The notes under the pieces were generated by a model that ran no database searches, was not told where the DNA came from, and saw only the letters and a program-made list of their open reading frames with translations. Of a stretch of DNA of 64,000 nt, positions 54,519-64,000 are shown one piece after another. Within the stretch, counting starts at the first letter, position 1; each line of letters opens with the position of its first letter. Origin of the DNA: Lingula anatina. Lineage: Eukaryota > Animalia > Brachiopoda. The DNA lies in NCBI GenBank assembly GCA_051362555.1, contig CM120643.1, positions 20,216,848 to 20,280,847 of the forward strand. Direction: 5' to 3'. Position numbers and translations under genes: made by a program.

Positions 54519-54778
54519 GGGACCATTCCCGGATCCTATCATACTAACTGTGGATCGATCTATCTCCAAGGGGATTCTTGCTAAATTGCAATAAACCTCA
54601 GAAGCGGCTTCGATGTCTGTCACGTCTACTGAAGCTGCTGGGGGGTAATTAATTATTGTTGAGCAGCTTCACTAAGCATGTCAAACATCTAAGCCGCTTA
54701 AGCTGAAGGCAATTTAGCGAGAAACCCCTTAGAGATGGATCGATCCTTTTAGATGGATCTTGGTATCGGAACCAGTGC
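54519..54778 (+). mobile_element. Harbinger-like MITE subfamily A2
   Basis: Palindromic body with CTACTGAAGCTG..TAATTAA..CAGCTTC core; ends approximate. Confidence 0.75.
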
Positions 54779-56560
54779 TAGACTGCAATGTTGAATCTAC
54801 AAGTATTCTGTGCAGACGAAATTAAAACCTCATTTCCTATAATCACTAATGATTGCTGAAATGTTTTGTAATCTGTAAACAATTTCACAATTATCACTTG
54901 GTTAAAGTGTTTACTTGATAATAATAGTGTTTATTGCCACATACAAGCATTTACTTGAAACAAAGAGCAAAATGGAAAAATTAATGTGGAGCCACGAGCA
55001 CATGATTGAGGAAAAATGACGGAAAATGCAGTTTATGTGGTCTACCATTTATAGGCCAAATTCATAACTCTGGGATTAAATGACACTTTTAGCAGGGATG
55101 CTGGTGCAATTAAGTGAAAAAGTCAGAAAATATGGTGTAGGGTCCAGGGGCAGCCTAGGCCAATGATATTTTTGGCTCCCAAGAAGTCGGAAATCCGTTG
55201 ATAGTCAGAAAAATCTCATCTCTGCAATAGATCTCTAAAATAAAATTCAATAGCACCCCACTTTTATCTCACAGAAATTTCAAAAGCTCCATTTTGCATT
55301 TCCTTTTGTGAAATAAATAGGGTGCTAATGACATGGAACCTTATCAAAAATATCCTTTAACACAGCTTAATTGTCATGCGATAAAGTCACATACAAATAA
55401 AGGCCATGGTAATGCACAACTTGCTGTGCCATCAATAAATCCACAGATTCTAATGTATACATTGTCATCGATTCACCTCAAAAGAACTTTACACATATCT
55501 GGGCAAGATATCTAAACTGCAACTATGAATGTATTCAAGTGGTGCTTATATAATTGTTTACCTTCACCAAGGAGGTGATGCCTTTGCCTTTGTTTGTTAA
55601 TTAAGAGCCTAAGCTAGCTACCTCCAAAACATTGTGGACAGATTTTGATAAAATTCACAGGGTATGTCAGAAATGGGCTAACATATAAAATTGTTTAGAT
55701 TTTAACGATGATCCATTAATTAATTCAGGATGAGAACTCGGCCTAAGTCTGCCCTCTTTAAGTGCCTTTCCAGTTGTACATGTTCTTTACTTGCAATGTT
55801 TTACACAGGAATATCTGTACACCCTAAATGTGGTTTGGAAACATTTTTAAGATATATTGCCCATTTACAAAATTCAATAACACTTTATTCATGCCTTTTA
55901 TCTTTAACAATATTATTGTCTTGGGAATCTTGATAATGGGCACTTTCATAAGGGTGGAAATTCAGGAAATACAATTTTTTTTCTGCTATTGGCATACATT
56001 TGCTGTCAGGAGAGAAAAATAGGTGATGGACAACGGAATAGGGATTTCACATACAAAATGCGAAAAAAAATTAACCCAATTTTCTAAAAATTAGATTAAA
56101 AAGGTTTCAGCAAAAACCAAACAATTTCGTACATGCCTGCTTCAGAAGGGAGTCATCTGAAACTTATTTGTGGTCATAATATAACAGCACAATTATTATA
56201 AGAGAGAGAAAGAGAGAGAGAAGAATTAATATGACCATGTATAGCATTTTCAGGTGATATGAGAGGAGCTCTTCTCGCCAGATTTTTTTGTGCCCATGTT
56301 AGCAACAACCACACTACCACCATCTCCCCGGATGCCATCCTAATACAATGTGTGTGAAACATATTAGCACAGAAATTCATGCCTTAATTAGCACTTCAAT
56401 TCTATATATATGTAAATAGGAGTGCTATTGTGTATGAAACTTGTGCTTTGTATAAAACAGATTAGCAAGTTAAGGAAATTCATGTGTTAGCACTTCTATT
56501 TACGTACATTTTCTGATTGATGTATATAGGAGTGGTAACTTCCAAAACAACGGCACTTAC

Positions 56561-56672
56561 CTTGATCTGGAGTTTGCGGCATATATCTGTCAGCCTCATG
56601 TACTCCGTCAGTCTGGACATGGCGCTTTAACATTTTCCAACTGACATCTTTAAGTGGGTCCACATTGCACAC
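56561..56672 (-). CDS. DDX1: DDX1 exon: VCNVDPLKDVSWKMLKRHVQTDGVHEADRYMPQTPDQ (last DDX1 exon found)
   Basis: Matches DDX1 [29 protein letters not shown]; ttttacag acceptor, gtaagt donor; 112 nt, ends phase 1. Confidence 0.9.
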
Positions 56673-57387
56673 CTGTAAAATATTAGCTAACATGATAACT
56701 GTGCAAGATAAAAAATCATAATTTTAATTATCACTTAAAAGCGAAAATCTGGAAAGACATCTGAAAAGAGGTTTATTTGATCATCTAGAAAAGGAGATGT
56801 CCACTTCCTTTGCTCTTTTAAGCAGTTAAATTTTTAATAAGATTGATTTTAAGTTATAACAGTTACTAATTCTCTCGTAAGAAAAAGACACCTCTTTTTA
56901 TGCTACATTAACATATTAGCATTTAAAGGCTACTGAGTGACAGATTTCATAAAAGAACAAATTACTCAAACTTTTTGGAAAGAATACTGTAACACAGTAA
57001 CTAATGTATACTAGTCAGCTGGCAAATATACAGACAGTTTCTGAATATTTAATCAAAATGCTACAATTTCATCAAAAACTTTTTTGCATAATGTTGCAAG
57101 CAGACAAAGGCATGGACAGACCAGACAGACAGGCAAATGAAATCAAAAGCATAATGTCCTTGACAGAAGAAAATATGATGTTAGTGTTACCAAATGCGTT
57201 GTACATCAACAGCAATGGCAACAACCTGGCAAGACACAGGTAATTGTAATAAAATGACTGACTCTCCTCTAGAAATACTGATACTGATCCGAAGTTATAA
57301 CACAATCAAATGAAGACAATCACAAAAAATGCAGGGGGAAAACCTTTGATTTTTTTAATTCTAAAGAGAAAGGAAGGGAAGCATGTA

Positions 57388-57642
57388 GACCGGGTACCGA
57401 TACTTAGATTGATCTAGGAACAATCCACATCCAAGGGGTTTCTCACTAAACTGCTTTCAGCGTAAGTGGCTTAGATGTCAGGCACGCCTACTAAAAGCTG
57501 CTAAACTATAGTTAATTACCCCCTAAACAGCTTCAGTAGGCGTGCCAGACATCTAAGCTACTTAAGTTGATCGCAATTTAGCAAGAATTTCTTTGGAGAT
57601 AGAACGATCCACAGTTAGTACAAGAGGGTCTGGGAATGGTCC
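57388..57642 (-). mobile_element. Harbinger-like MITE subfamily A2, inverted
   Basis: Reverse orientation relative to the copies at 54519 and 59456. Confidence 0.75.
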
Positions 57643-57821
57643 TTTATTCTGCTGGATGTATATAGCCACAATAATGTTGTAGACCACAAGAACAATTTCA
57701 TGACAGTGCCATAAGGTGACACCAGTGTGAAAATGACAGTGGTGCAATAATGTCACAAAGGTGATATAAATGTCAAAGCAGTGCAAGTATAACACGCGTC
57801 TACAGGCCCCTCGCCAGCAAT

Positions 57822-57981
57822 TTCAAAAGGGAGGTTCTTTTTCTGAAAAAGCAGATCTTTTACCATGAGACCTTGTTGTATCTAGATAAAATTTTACCAA
57901 AAAGAGACCTTTATCCGGAAATAAAAGGGGGGGGGGGTGTGTCTTTTTAACCTGCCCCCAACCACCCTGGCTACAGAACTG
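57822..57981 (+). mobile_element. CAGGCCCGTAGCCAG-type MITE (diverged)
   Basis: Homologous body; more degenerate relatives at about 37090-37280, 45260-45404 and 46470-46629. Confidence 0.75.
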
Positions 57982-58086
57982 CAAGTGCAACAATGTCATA
58001 GTGGTGCAATTACGTTCCTGAGGTGCAAAAAGGGGGGGGGGGGGGGGGGGGGGGGAGGAGGTGCTTGTACACTTTTGGTAACTTAC

Positions 58087-58161
58087 AACATGATGCACCG
58101 TCTCTGGTACAGAGTCTTGTCCTTTCAAATCTATCCACACCGGGAAATGCATTAGACGTTC
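58087..58161 (-). CDS. DDX1: DDX1 exon: [25 protein letters not shown]
   Basis: Matches DDX1 [25 protein letters not shown]; ctag acceptor, gtaagt donor; 75 nt. Confidence 0.95.
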
Positions 58162-58901
58162 CTAGAAAGAGGAAAGATGGAGAATTTATAACAATAATAA
58201 CAATAATAATAGCCATAATTATAGATAGATATAATATATATAATCCTTTAACTAACTTTCAAACACGATATTAGTCATAAGAAAGTGAACAATGAGAATG
58301 TTAATTTTAACAACCAATACTGCACAAATGCTAAAAGAAAAAAGAGAATAACTTTTATCTGTATCGCCAGCTTAGATGTTGCCTTTAATGAGTTTTATGT
58401 ATTCAAATGATTACACAAATGTAATCATAGCTTTGGAAAAGTGGCCAAAGTTTTGAGTGTAAAATTTTAATTAAAATATTTATCGTTTTGTGAAAGCATG
58501 TGCACAGCTAAAGCAATTTATAATAAAGAAAAATTTTACAGTGAGAAAATAATGTTTTTCAGATATCTAAGTCATGATTTTTCTTCACTGTAGAAAATAA
58601 CTTCAACACAAAAATTTGTTACCGACAAAAAGATGAAAAACCACTGAGAATTACTTTACAAATTTAAATGAATAAATAGATCAGATGTTTGGTCCTCATC
58701 AGTAATTGGGTTAACATGTATCGATGTATTTTTTTTTCAAATATCCACATTTGGTTAATTAGAAACAGATACTAAGGCTACTGCTGAAAACTAAGAACTA
58801 ATGTTTTTCCCTTTACTTTACTATTATTATTATTATTGTTGTTTATTTTATTTTATTATTATTATCATTATCATTTTTGTAAAAAAAGCAACAGAACTTA
58901 C

Positions 58902-59042
58902 AGCCAGTTTCTTCACATCAAAAGAGTGCAGAGTTGCAGAACAGACAACCATCTGTAATCGTTTGCCATCACTAGTAATCTTTGGGATTTGCTGATGAAT
59001 TCTATCAATCAAATCTTTGTTTCCCGCAGAGAGTAAACCATC
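58902..59042 (-). CDS. DDX1: DDX1 exon: [47 protein letters not shown] (motif III)
   Basis: DDX1-diagnostic [20 protein letters not shown]; ccag acceptor, gtaagt donor; 141 nt. Confidence 0.95.
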
Positions 59043-59271
59043 CTGGAAGAAATTTAAATCAAAAAATATTTTGAATTATTGAAACTTTAAATCAACGTGA
59101 ACTCAAAATCAAATCCATCTGCTTTCCAAATGAACATTCATGTTAAATGATACTTTGTCAAAATTGTACTTTTGTATAGCTATAAACACTTTCAGAGATC
59201 CTATCAAGGATTTTCATTCAAATGAATCCAAATAAAATGACTTCAATTATGGAATCAATCTTGATACTTAC

Positions 59272-59370
59272 AGCTTCATCTAAAACAAAGAATCTGACAG
59301 AAGACAGCAGTAATTTCCCAGTGGAGATGAGGTCTTCCAAGCGACCTGGTGTCCCAACCACAATGTCCAC
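59272..59370 (-). CDS. DDX1: DDX1 exon: [33 protein letters not shown] (motifs Ib and II)
   Basis: TPGR motif and DEA of the DEAD box (final D in the next exon); acag acceptor, gtaagt donor; 99 nt. Confidence 0.95.
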
Positions 59371-59455
59371 CTGTAGTGGTCACAATATATCTAAAATCAT
59401 CTTTTCTACATACATTTTCCTGAAGCCTTCATACTAAATAACACTTGATATCTAA

Positions 59456-59711
59456 GACCCCCTTCCCATACCTGGATTGATTTAGCAGGATCGACCCATC
59501 TCCAAGGGGACTCTCGCTAAATTGCATTCAGCTTAAGCGGCGCTGATGTCTGGCAAGCCTACTGAAGCTGTTAGGGTATAATTAACTATCGTTTAGGAGC
59601 TTCAGTAGGCATGCCAGACATCTAAGCCACTTAAGCTGAATGTAATTTAACAAGAATGCCCTTGGACATGGGTCAATCTTTCTAGATCCATCTAGGTATG
59701 GGAATGGGATC
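59456..59711 (+). mobile_element. Harbinger-like MITE subfamily A2, TSD TAA
   Basis: TIRs and TAA on both flanks. Confidence 0.8.
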
Positions 59712-59868
59712 TAAAATATATTCCAACTTGTTAAGTATATATTATGCTGTTTATGTGGTTCCTACATATGTAATATGAAATCGCAAACTACACAATTATA
59801 TATCTAAAATCACCACAAGTAATCTAACTCATATCCACACTTACTGAAATACACCAAATGTGCTTGCG

Positions 59869-59974
<106 letters not shown>

Positions 59975-59995
59975 CAAACACACAGATATACCCAC

Positions 59996-60109
59996 CCCAT
60001 CCATAAGACTATTAATAGTGTCCCTAGCTGCTATACCACCAATGCACAACACCTCTCGGATAACTGGGTTTTCAAGATATTTCTTAAACTTTTGAATTTG
60101 GTTTAAAGT
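59996..60109 (-). CDS. DDX1: DDX1 exon: TLNQIQKFKKYLENPVIREVLCIGGIAARDTINSLMDG
   Basis: Matches DDX1 [38 protein letters not shown]; tttcag acceptor, gtgggt donor; 114 nt. Confidence 0.93.
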
Positions 60110-60178
60110 CTGAAAGAATGAAAAATAAATATCTATAATTGATAATTTACAAAAATATCTACCCAGCAGGTTCCATTA

Positions 60179-60537
60179 CTTAATAATAATAATAATAATA
60201 ATATATTTATTTTAAGTCTAAACTCCATATGAATGTGTTCGTTAGACTTTACAAATATGTACATACATATAACAAGTATACAACTGGTCAAAACACGCTG
60301 TGTACAATCTCGCCTCCCTGGGGAGGATACAGCCCCGCTGCCGTATGAGGCGCTGAGTGCTATCAATCTTACAATATCGTTCTCTGCCTGAACAGGACCC
60401 TGCTTCAACCCCAAAGTGCTGAGTGCCAAGCGGGGAGACAGCAGGTACCGTTTATAAAGGACTGGTATGTCCCCGGACGGGTTTTGAACCCACGTCCTCC
60501 CGCTCCGGAGGCGGACACTCTAACCACAAGGCCATCC
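60179..60537 (-). mobile_element. tRNA-derived SINE in a DDX1 intron
   Basis: A box TGGCCTTGTGG, B box GGTTCAAAACC, central CATACC..GGTACCTGCTG..GCTTGGCACTCAGCA block, (ATT)n tail. Confidence 0.8.
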
Positions 60538-60757
60538 AATCATCATTACTTGACATGTAGTGATATTTTATGTTAACACATAATTATTTTGTTTATCTTT
60601 ATTCCATTATTTATTTATTTAGAATACTACTGTCAACATTAACACTACCTACAAATTATATATATAAAGCAGAACAGCTTATAAAACCAATCATGATAAA
60701 TCAAAGAACATATAACTGTGGCTAATGTAGAGCTACCACTCTGTCTCTGTCCCTTAC

Positions 60758-60781
60758 CTGCTCTGCAAGCTCTCTGGAAGG
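60758..60781 (-). CDS. DDX1: DDX1 24-nt micro-exon: PSRELAEQ (helicase motif Ia)
   Basis: Identical to DDX1 PSRELAEQ; ttccag acceptor, gtaagg donor. Confidence 0.9.
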
Positions 60782-61618
60782 CTGGAAAAAGGATATAAAT
60801 TTTGAAGTTGAAATTAAAGGGTTCTGGCAACACAATGTTGATTGAAACTTAATCAATCTGCTAAACAATACTATGTATAAAGGAATATGACGACAGTGCA
60901 CTCTGTTTTGATAGAGATCACAAGCTGATAATAAGAAAATGCAAGTCATACATGTAATTACTTATGATATCATATTCTCTCTCCACTGCATTGTTAGGGA
61001 ATTAACTAGAGATCTGTTTCTACAGGAGATGGACTGACCTAACTAAGTACCAGACTACCCTGAAGATGCCATGGAAACAATCATCAATTTGCAACTAAGG
61101 GGAAAATAATACATGTGTTTCCAGTGACGATTATTCAATCTAACAAAGGACGGCCCATTACAGCATCTGTCTGATTATGATAAGCTTGCACAGTTAACTC
61201 TATTTCCACTTACAGTAAATCCTGCACGAGAACACCACTTTCAGGTTTAAAACATTCTCAATTGACAACTTATAAATTTAGATTTCTGATCAGCCTCTCA
61301 TCCACCCTCTCCAGTTGAACTATGCCCATTTCTTCCCAGAGCTACCTTCCATAATACCAGACCCTCCTATCTCCCCTATTACACCTCTGCTTGTTACGCT
61401 AATTCTTATTTTTATAATAATATTAAAATATTATTATCATTATAATACTTCTCCATAATTATTATTAATCTTATAGTTAGTTCTATTTTTTTTTTTTTTT
61501 TGAAGGTGAGCATATAATGCTAATAGTGAATTGTTTAGTGCACCTTTACAAGGATAGATAATTAATTTTTTTTTGATTTAATAAATATCTTTTAAAAATG
61601 TTTAAAACAACATCTTAC

Positions 61619-61677
61619 CTCAATAATGATAGCTTGTGGAGCGTTTGGTGCCTGCTGAGCTGTGGCAGGGGTAGATC
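61619..61677 (-). CDS. DDX1: DDX1 exon: (G)STPATAQQAPNAPQAIIIE
   Basis: Matches DDX1 ...PNAPKALIVE; ttcag acceptor, gtaaga donor; 59 nt, phase 1 to 0. Confidence 0.88.
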
Positions 61678-62254
61678 CTGAACATAGGGGAAAATATCAC
61701 ACTTTTACTTTTCAACTTTAACCAATAAATATTGTAATGATATTGGTATCTAAGTCTAGAATGGAAACTCCATGCACCAACTCTGATAATCATCATTTGT
61801 GTAAGCTTTTTCTCATGATTATTTTGAAGCTTAAATCATACTTTTTTTCACAATATCCTTTCTGACCAAGACATATGATTACTTGGGATCAGTTTATCAA
61901 GTCAATTTTTGAAGTTGAAATAAATCAATGAATTTGTTAAAAAAAAATTTTTTTCATATTTTTCTTTACCCAAACTAAATTGTGTAACAACTGGCTAAAA
62001 CTAACTGTATGATAGAACAAATGCAGCATGCTTTACCCTTTTAAAAAACACAAACCTTATACCATATATTTAACTGATTAAACAACAGGGCCCAGTTTCA
62101 TCAACAATGAATAGCACTATCCATTAGATAAAATATTAAGCTTCTTGGCAATTATCCTGTGGGTAAAGTAATGTTTACTTAACACTAGATACTTATTTTT
62201 GTCTCTCATATTGCTTTTCAGAATAAATGTCCAGAGAATAACAATGTTATCTAA

Positions 62255-62476
62255 GGGCGCATTCCCATAGATTTTAGATCAATCTATCCCTGCGGGGAGT
62301 CTCACTAGCTATATAGATTACTGTCAGATAATCTGGCTTAAATGTCTGTCCCGCCTACTGCAAGCTGTAAGGGAGTAATTAACTTTCGTGCCCGCTCGGC
62401 TGACAGCTATTTAGCGCGAACCCCCAGGGAGTTAGGTCGTTCTAGTTGGATCAATCTTAACTCTGGGAATGGGGTC
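62255..62476 (+). mobile_element. Harbinger-like MITE family A, TSD TAA
   Basis: Highly similar to 13511-13725; TAA on both flanks. Confidence 0.85.
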
Positions 62477-62528
62477 TAAAAAATAGTGTTATCCATGAAC
62501 CTGGGCCCAGATTAAAAAAAAAACATAC

Positions 62529-62589
62529 CCCCTGCTCTCGACGATACCACACAGTCTCTGGGTGCTTCATCAACAGCTATATAGCCATC
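62529..62589 (-). CDS. DDX1: DDX1 exon: DGYIAVDEAPRDCVVSSRAG(G)
   Basis: Matches DDX1 [21 protein letters not shown]; acag acceptor, gtatgt donor; 61 nt, ends phase 1. Confidence 0.85.
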
Positions 62590-62860
62590 CTGTGTAAAAA
62601 TAATACTTCTGATTCACCTTTTTATCTATCATCAGTTGAAAGACAATCTTTATAATGATGACATTGAGGACTGTTATTTTCATAATAATTACTTAGGAAA
62701 ATAATGTAACATTTACTATTTAGATGACAGTGGCAAACATTCCGGGCTCTATAAAGCACATTATTTGATCTTTAAATAACTGAACAGTACATATGAAAAC
62801 TATGAAAACTATGTCTTTCAAAGATTTTCAGAAAAATAATTATTGAAAAAATGCACCAAC

Positions 62861-62914
62861 TTTGGGTGGATATGCAAAGGGAGTCTCCCCAAAATTCAGC
62901 AGGCCCTCAGCATT
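62861..62914 (-). CDS. DDX1: DDX1 exon: NAEGLLNFGETPFAYPPK
   Basis: Matches DDX1 NAELKFNFGEEEFKFPPK; ccag acceptor, gttggt donor; 54 nt. Confidence 0.88.
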
Positions 62915-63358
62915 CTGGAGCATGAAAATTAATGCCACAATAATTATATTGAAAACAACTAGAAATATCTCAATTAATGATTACAGAAGAAAAAAACAGA
63001 ACAATCCAGCAACATTTTATTACATGGAGATTTTTGAAAAGAGAAATTAAAAAAATTAATGCAACTGTCAGCAATAATAATTAAACAAATCACACACTAT
63101 CTGAAAACAATCAGTAAATGTCTTAAAATTCAGATGAAGCTTTACATTCAGTGGATAAGCCTGTGCTATTTAGTGCACTGCAGTGACTGAATATTTGGAT
63201 TCAAAAGACGAACTCAGTGTCAGATTTGTAAGCATTAAACCTTGGTGGGTATGGAAAAACTGTTGAAATTTCCAAGGAGCTTATTTTTTTTTAATTTTTT
63301 ATACAACTATCCAACAATATAGATAAACAATTGATGATTTAGTTCATATAAATAGTAC

Positions 63359-63435
63359 CTTTAAGCATATGGCAGCATAGAAATTTGCATTTTTCATGTT
63401 CGGAGGAATGTCGTAAGCCTTCCCAAGATCAACAC
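63359..63435 (-). CDS. DDX1: DDX1 exon: (G)VDLGKAYDIPPNMKNANFYAAICLK
   Basis: Matches DDX1 [25 protein letters not shown]; ttcag acceptor, gtacta donor; 77 nt, phase 1 to 0. Confidence 0.9.
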
Positions 63436-63686
63436 CTGAAAAAGAGTATAAAAACCATATCAAAATCTCTACTACTACTGCTTAGTGTCACCTCTCCACA
63501 CAAACTGCTAGTTAAATTCAAGCTAAATCTCTGCAAAAGTTTTCACATACTTATCACCCCAACATCCAAATGATAATAAATCATATTGAATGTAAAGCAT
63601 CAAATAAATACCACAAAAGTACCAAGAGTTTTGATTTTAAATGAAAAGTAATAATTCCATCAAAATGAATGAAAAACCTTTCTTAC

Positions 63687-63759
63687 CATTCTTTGACCAC
63701 TTGATGGTGAAGTTATCCAAATCCAGACAACTGCCAATGACATCATGTAAACCAAATGA
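63687..63759 (-). CDS. DDX1: DDX1 exon (SPRY domain): SFGLHDVIGSCLDLDNFTIKWSKN(G)
   Basis: Manual translation matches the recalled DDX1 segment [24 protein letters not shown]; cag acceptor, gtaaga donor; 73 nt, ends phase 1. Upstream exons lie beyond the window end. Confidence 0.9.
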
Positions 63760-64000
63760 CTGCGAAAAAAGAAACAGATTTTGATTCTAAAAAAAAAAAC
63801 ATATAAATATCATACATGTAATGCAAAAGAGATACTAAGTTAAATTCTACTACAATTCTGTTTAATTTTGCTGAATTAATTTATCAACATGAAGATTTTA
63901 AGAAATAAAATGGCACAGCAGGACTGCAAGTTAAAACCACTCAAAATGGCTGTAAGTCTGTCTGTGGTTTTATTCAACATCATGGTATTGATATGTACAT

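Noticed and set aside
60470-60537. tRNA gene
   Set aside because: A and B boxes are present but there is no convincing cloverleaf, and it continues into a SINE body and tail.
62655-62783. C/D-box-like ATGATGA...CTGA in a DDX1 intron
   Set aside because: Antisense to the host transcript, with no terminal stem or recognisable guide.

Overview
AT-rich, repeat-dense eukaryotic DNA from an invertebrate animal; the repeat repertoire suggests a mollusc or other lophotrochozoan (inference). Two protein-coding loci are supported. (1) Eleven consecutive, phase-consistent GT-AG exons of the DEAD-box helicase DDX1 lie on the minus strand (63759 to 56561; SPRY end through the DEAD/SAT RecA1 domain and linker). 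I could not find its RecA2 exons in the remaining 56 kb. (2) An intronless class A peptide-type GPCR lies on the plus strand (41199-42596), probably nested antisense in a very long DDX1 intron, with altered activation motifs (DQY; N2.50/D7.49 swap). The rest is mostly transposable elements: a 3.75-kb Helentron/HINE-type element carrying a 146-bp satellite array, a nested IS3EU-like MITE and a duplicated 5' end; a 5'-truncated L1/Tx1 LINE with a 16-bp TSD; RTE and CR1/L2-like remnants; a tRNA-derived SINE; and many MITE families with 2-bp, TWA, TTAA and 5-bp TSDs. No CRISPR array, rRNA or bona fide tRNA was seen. Most short ORFs in the track are spurious.
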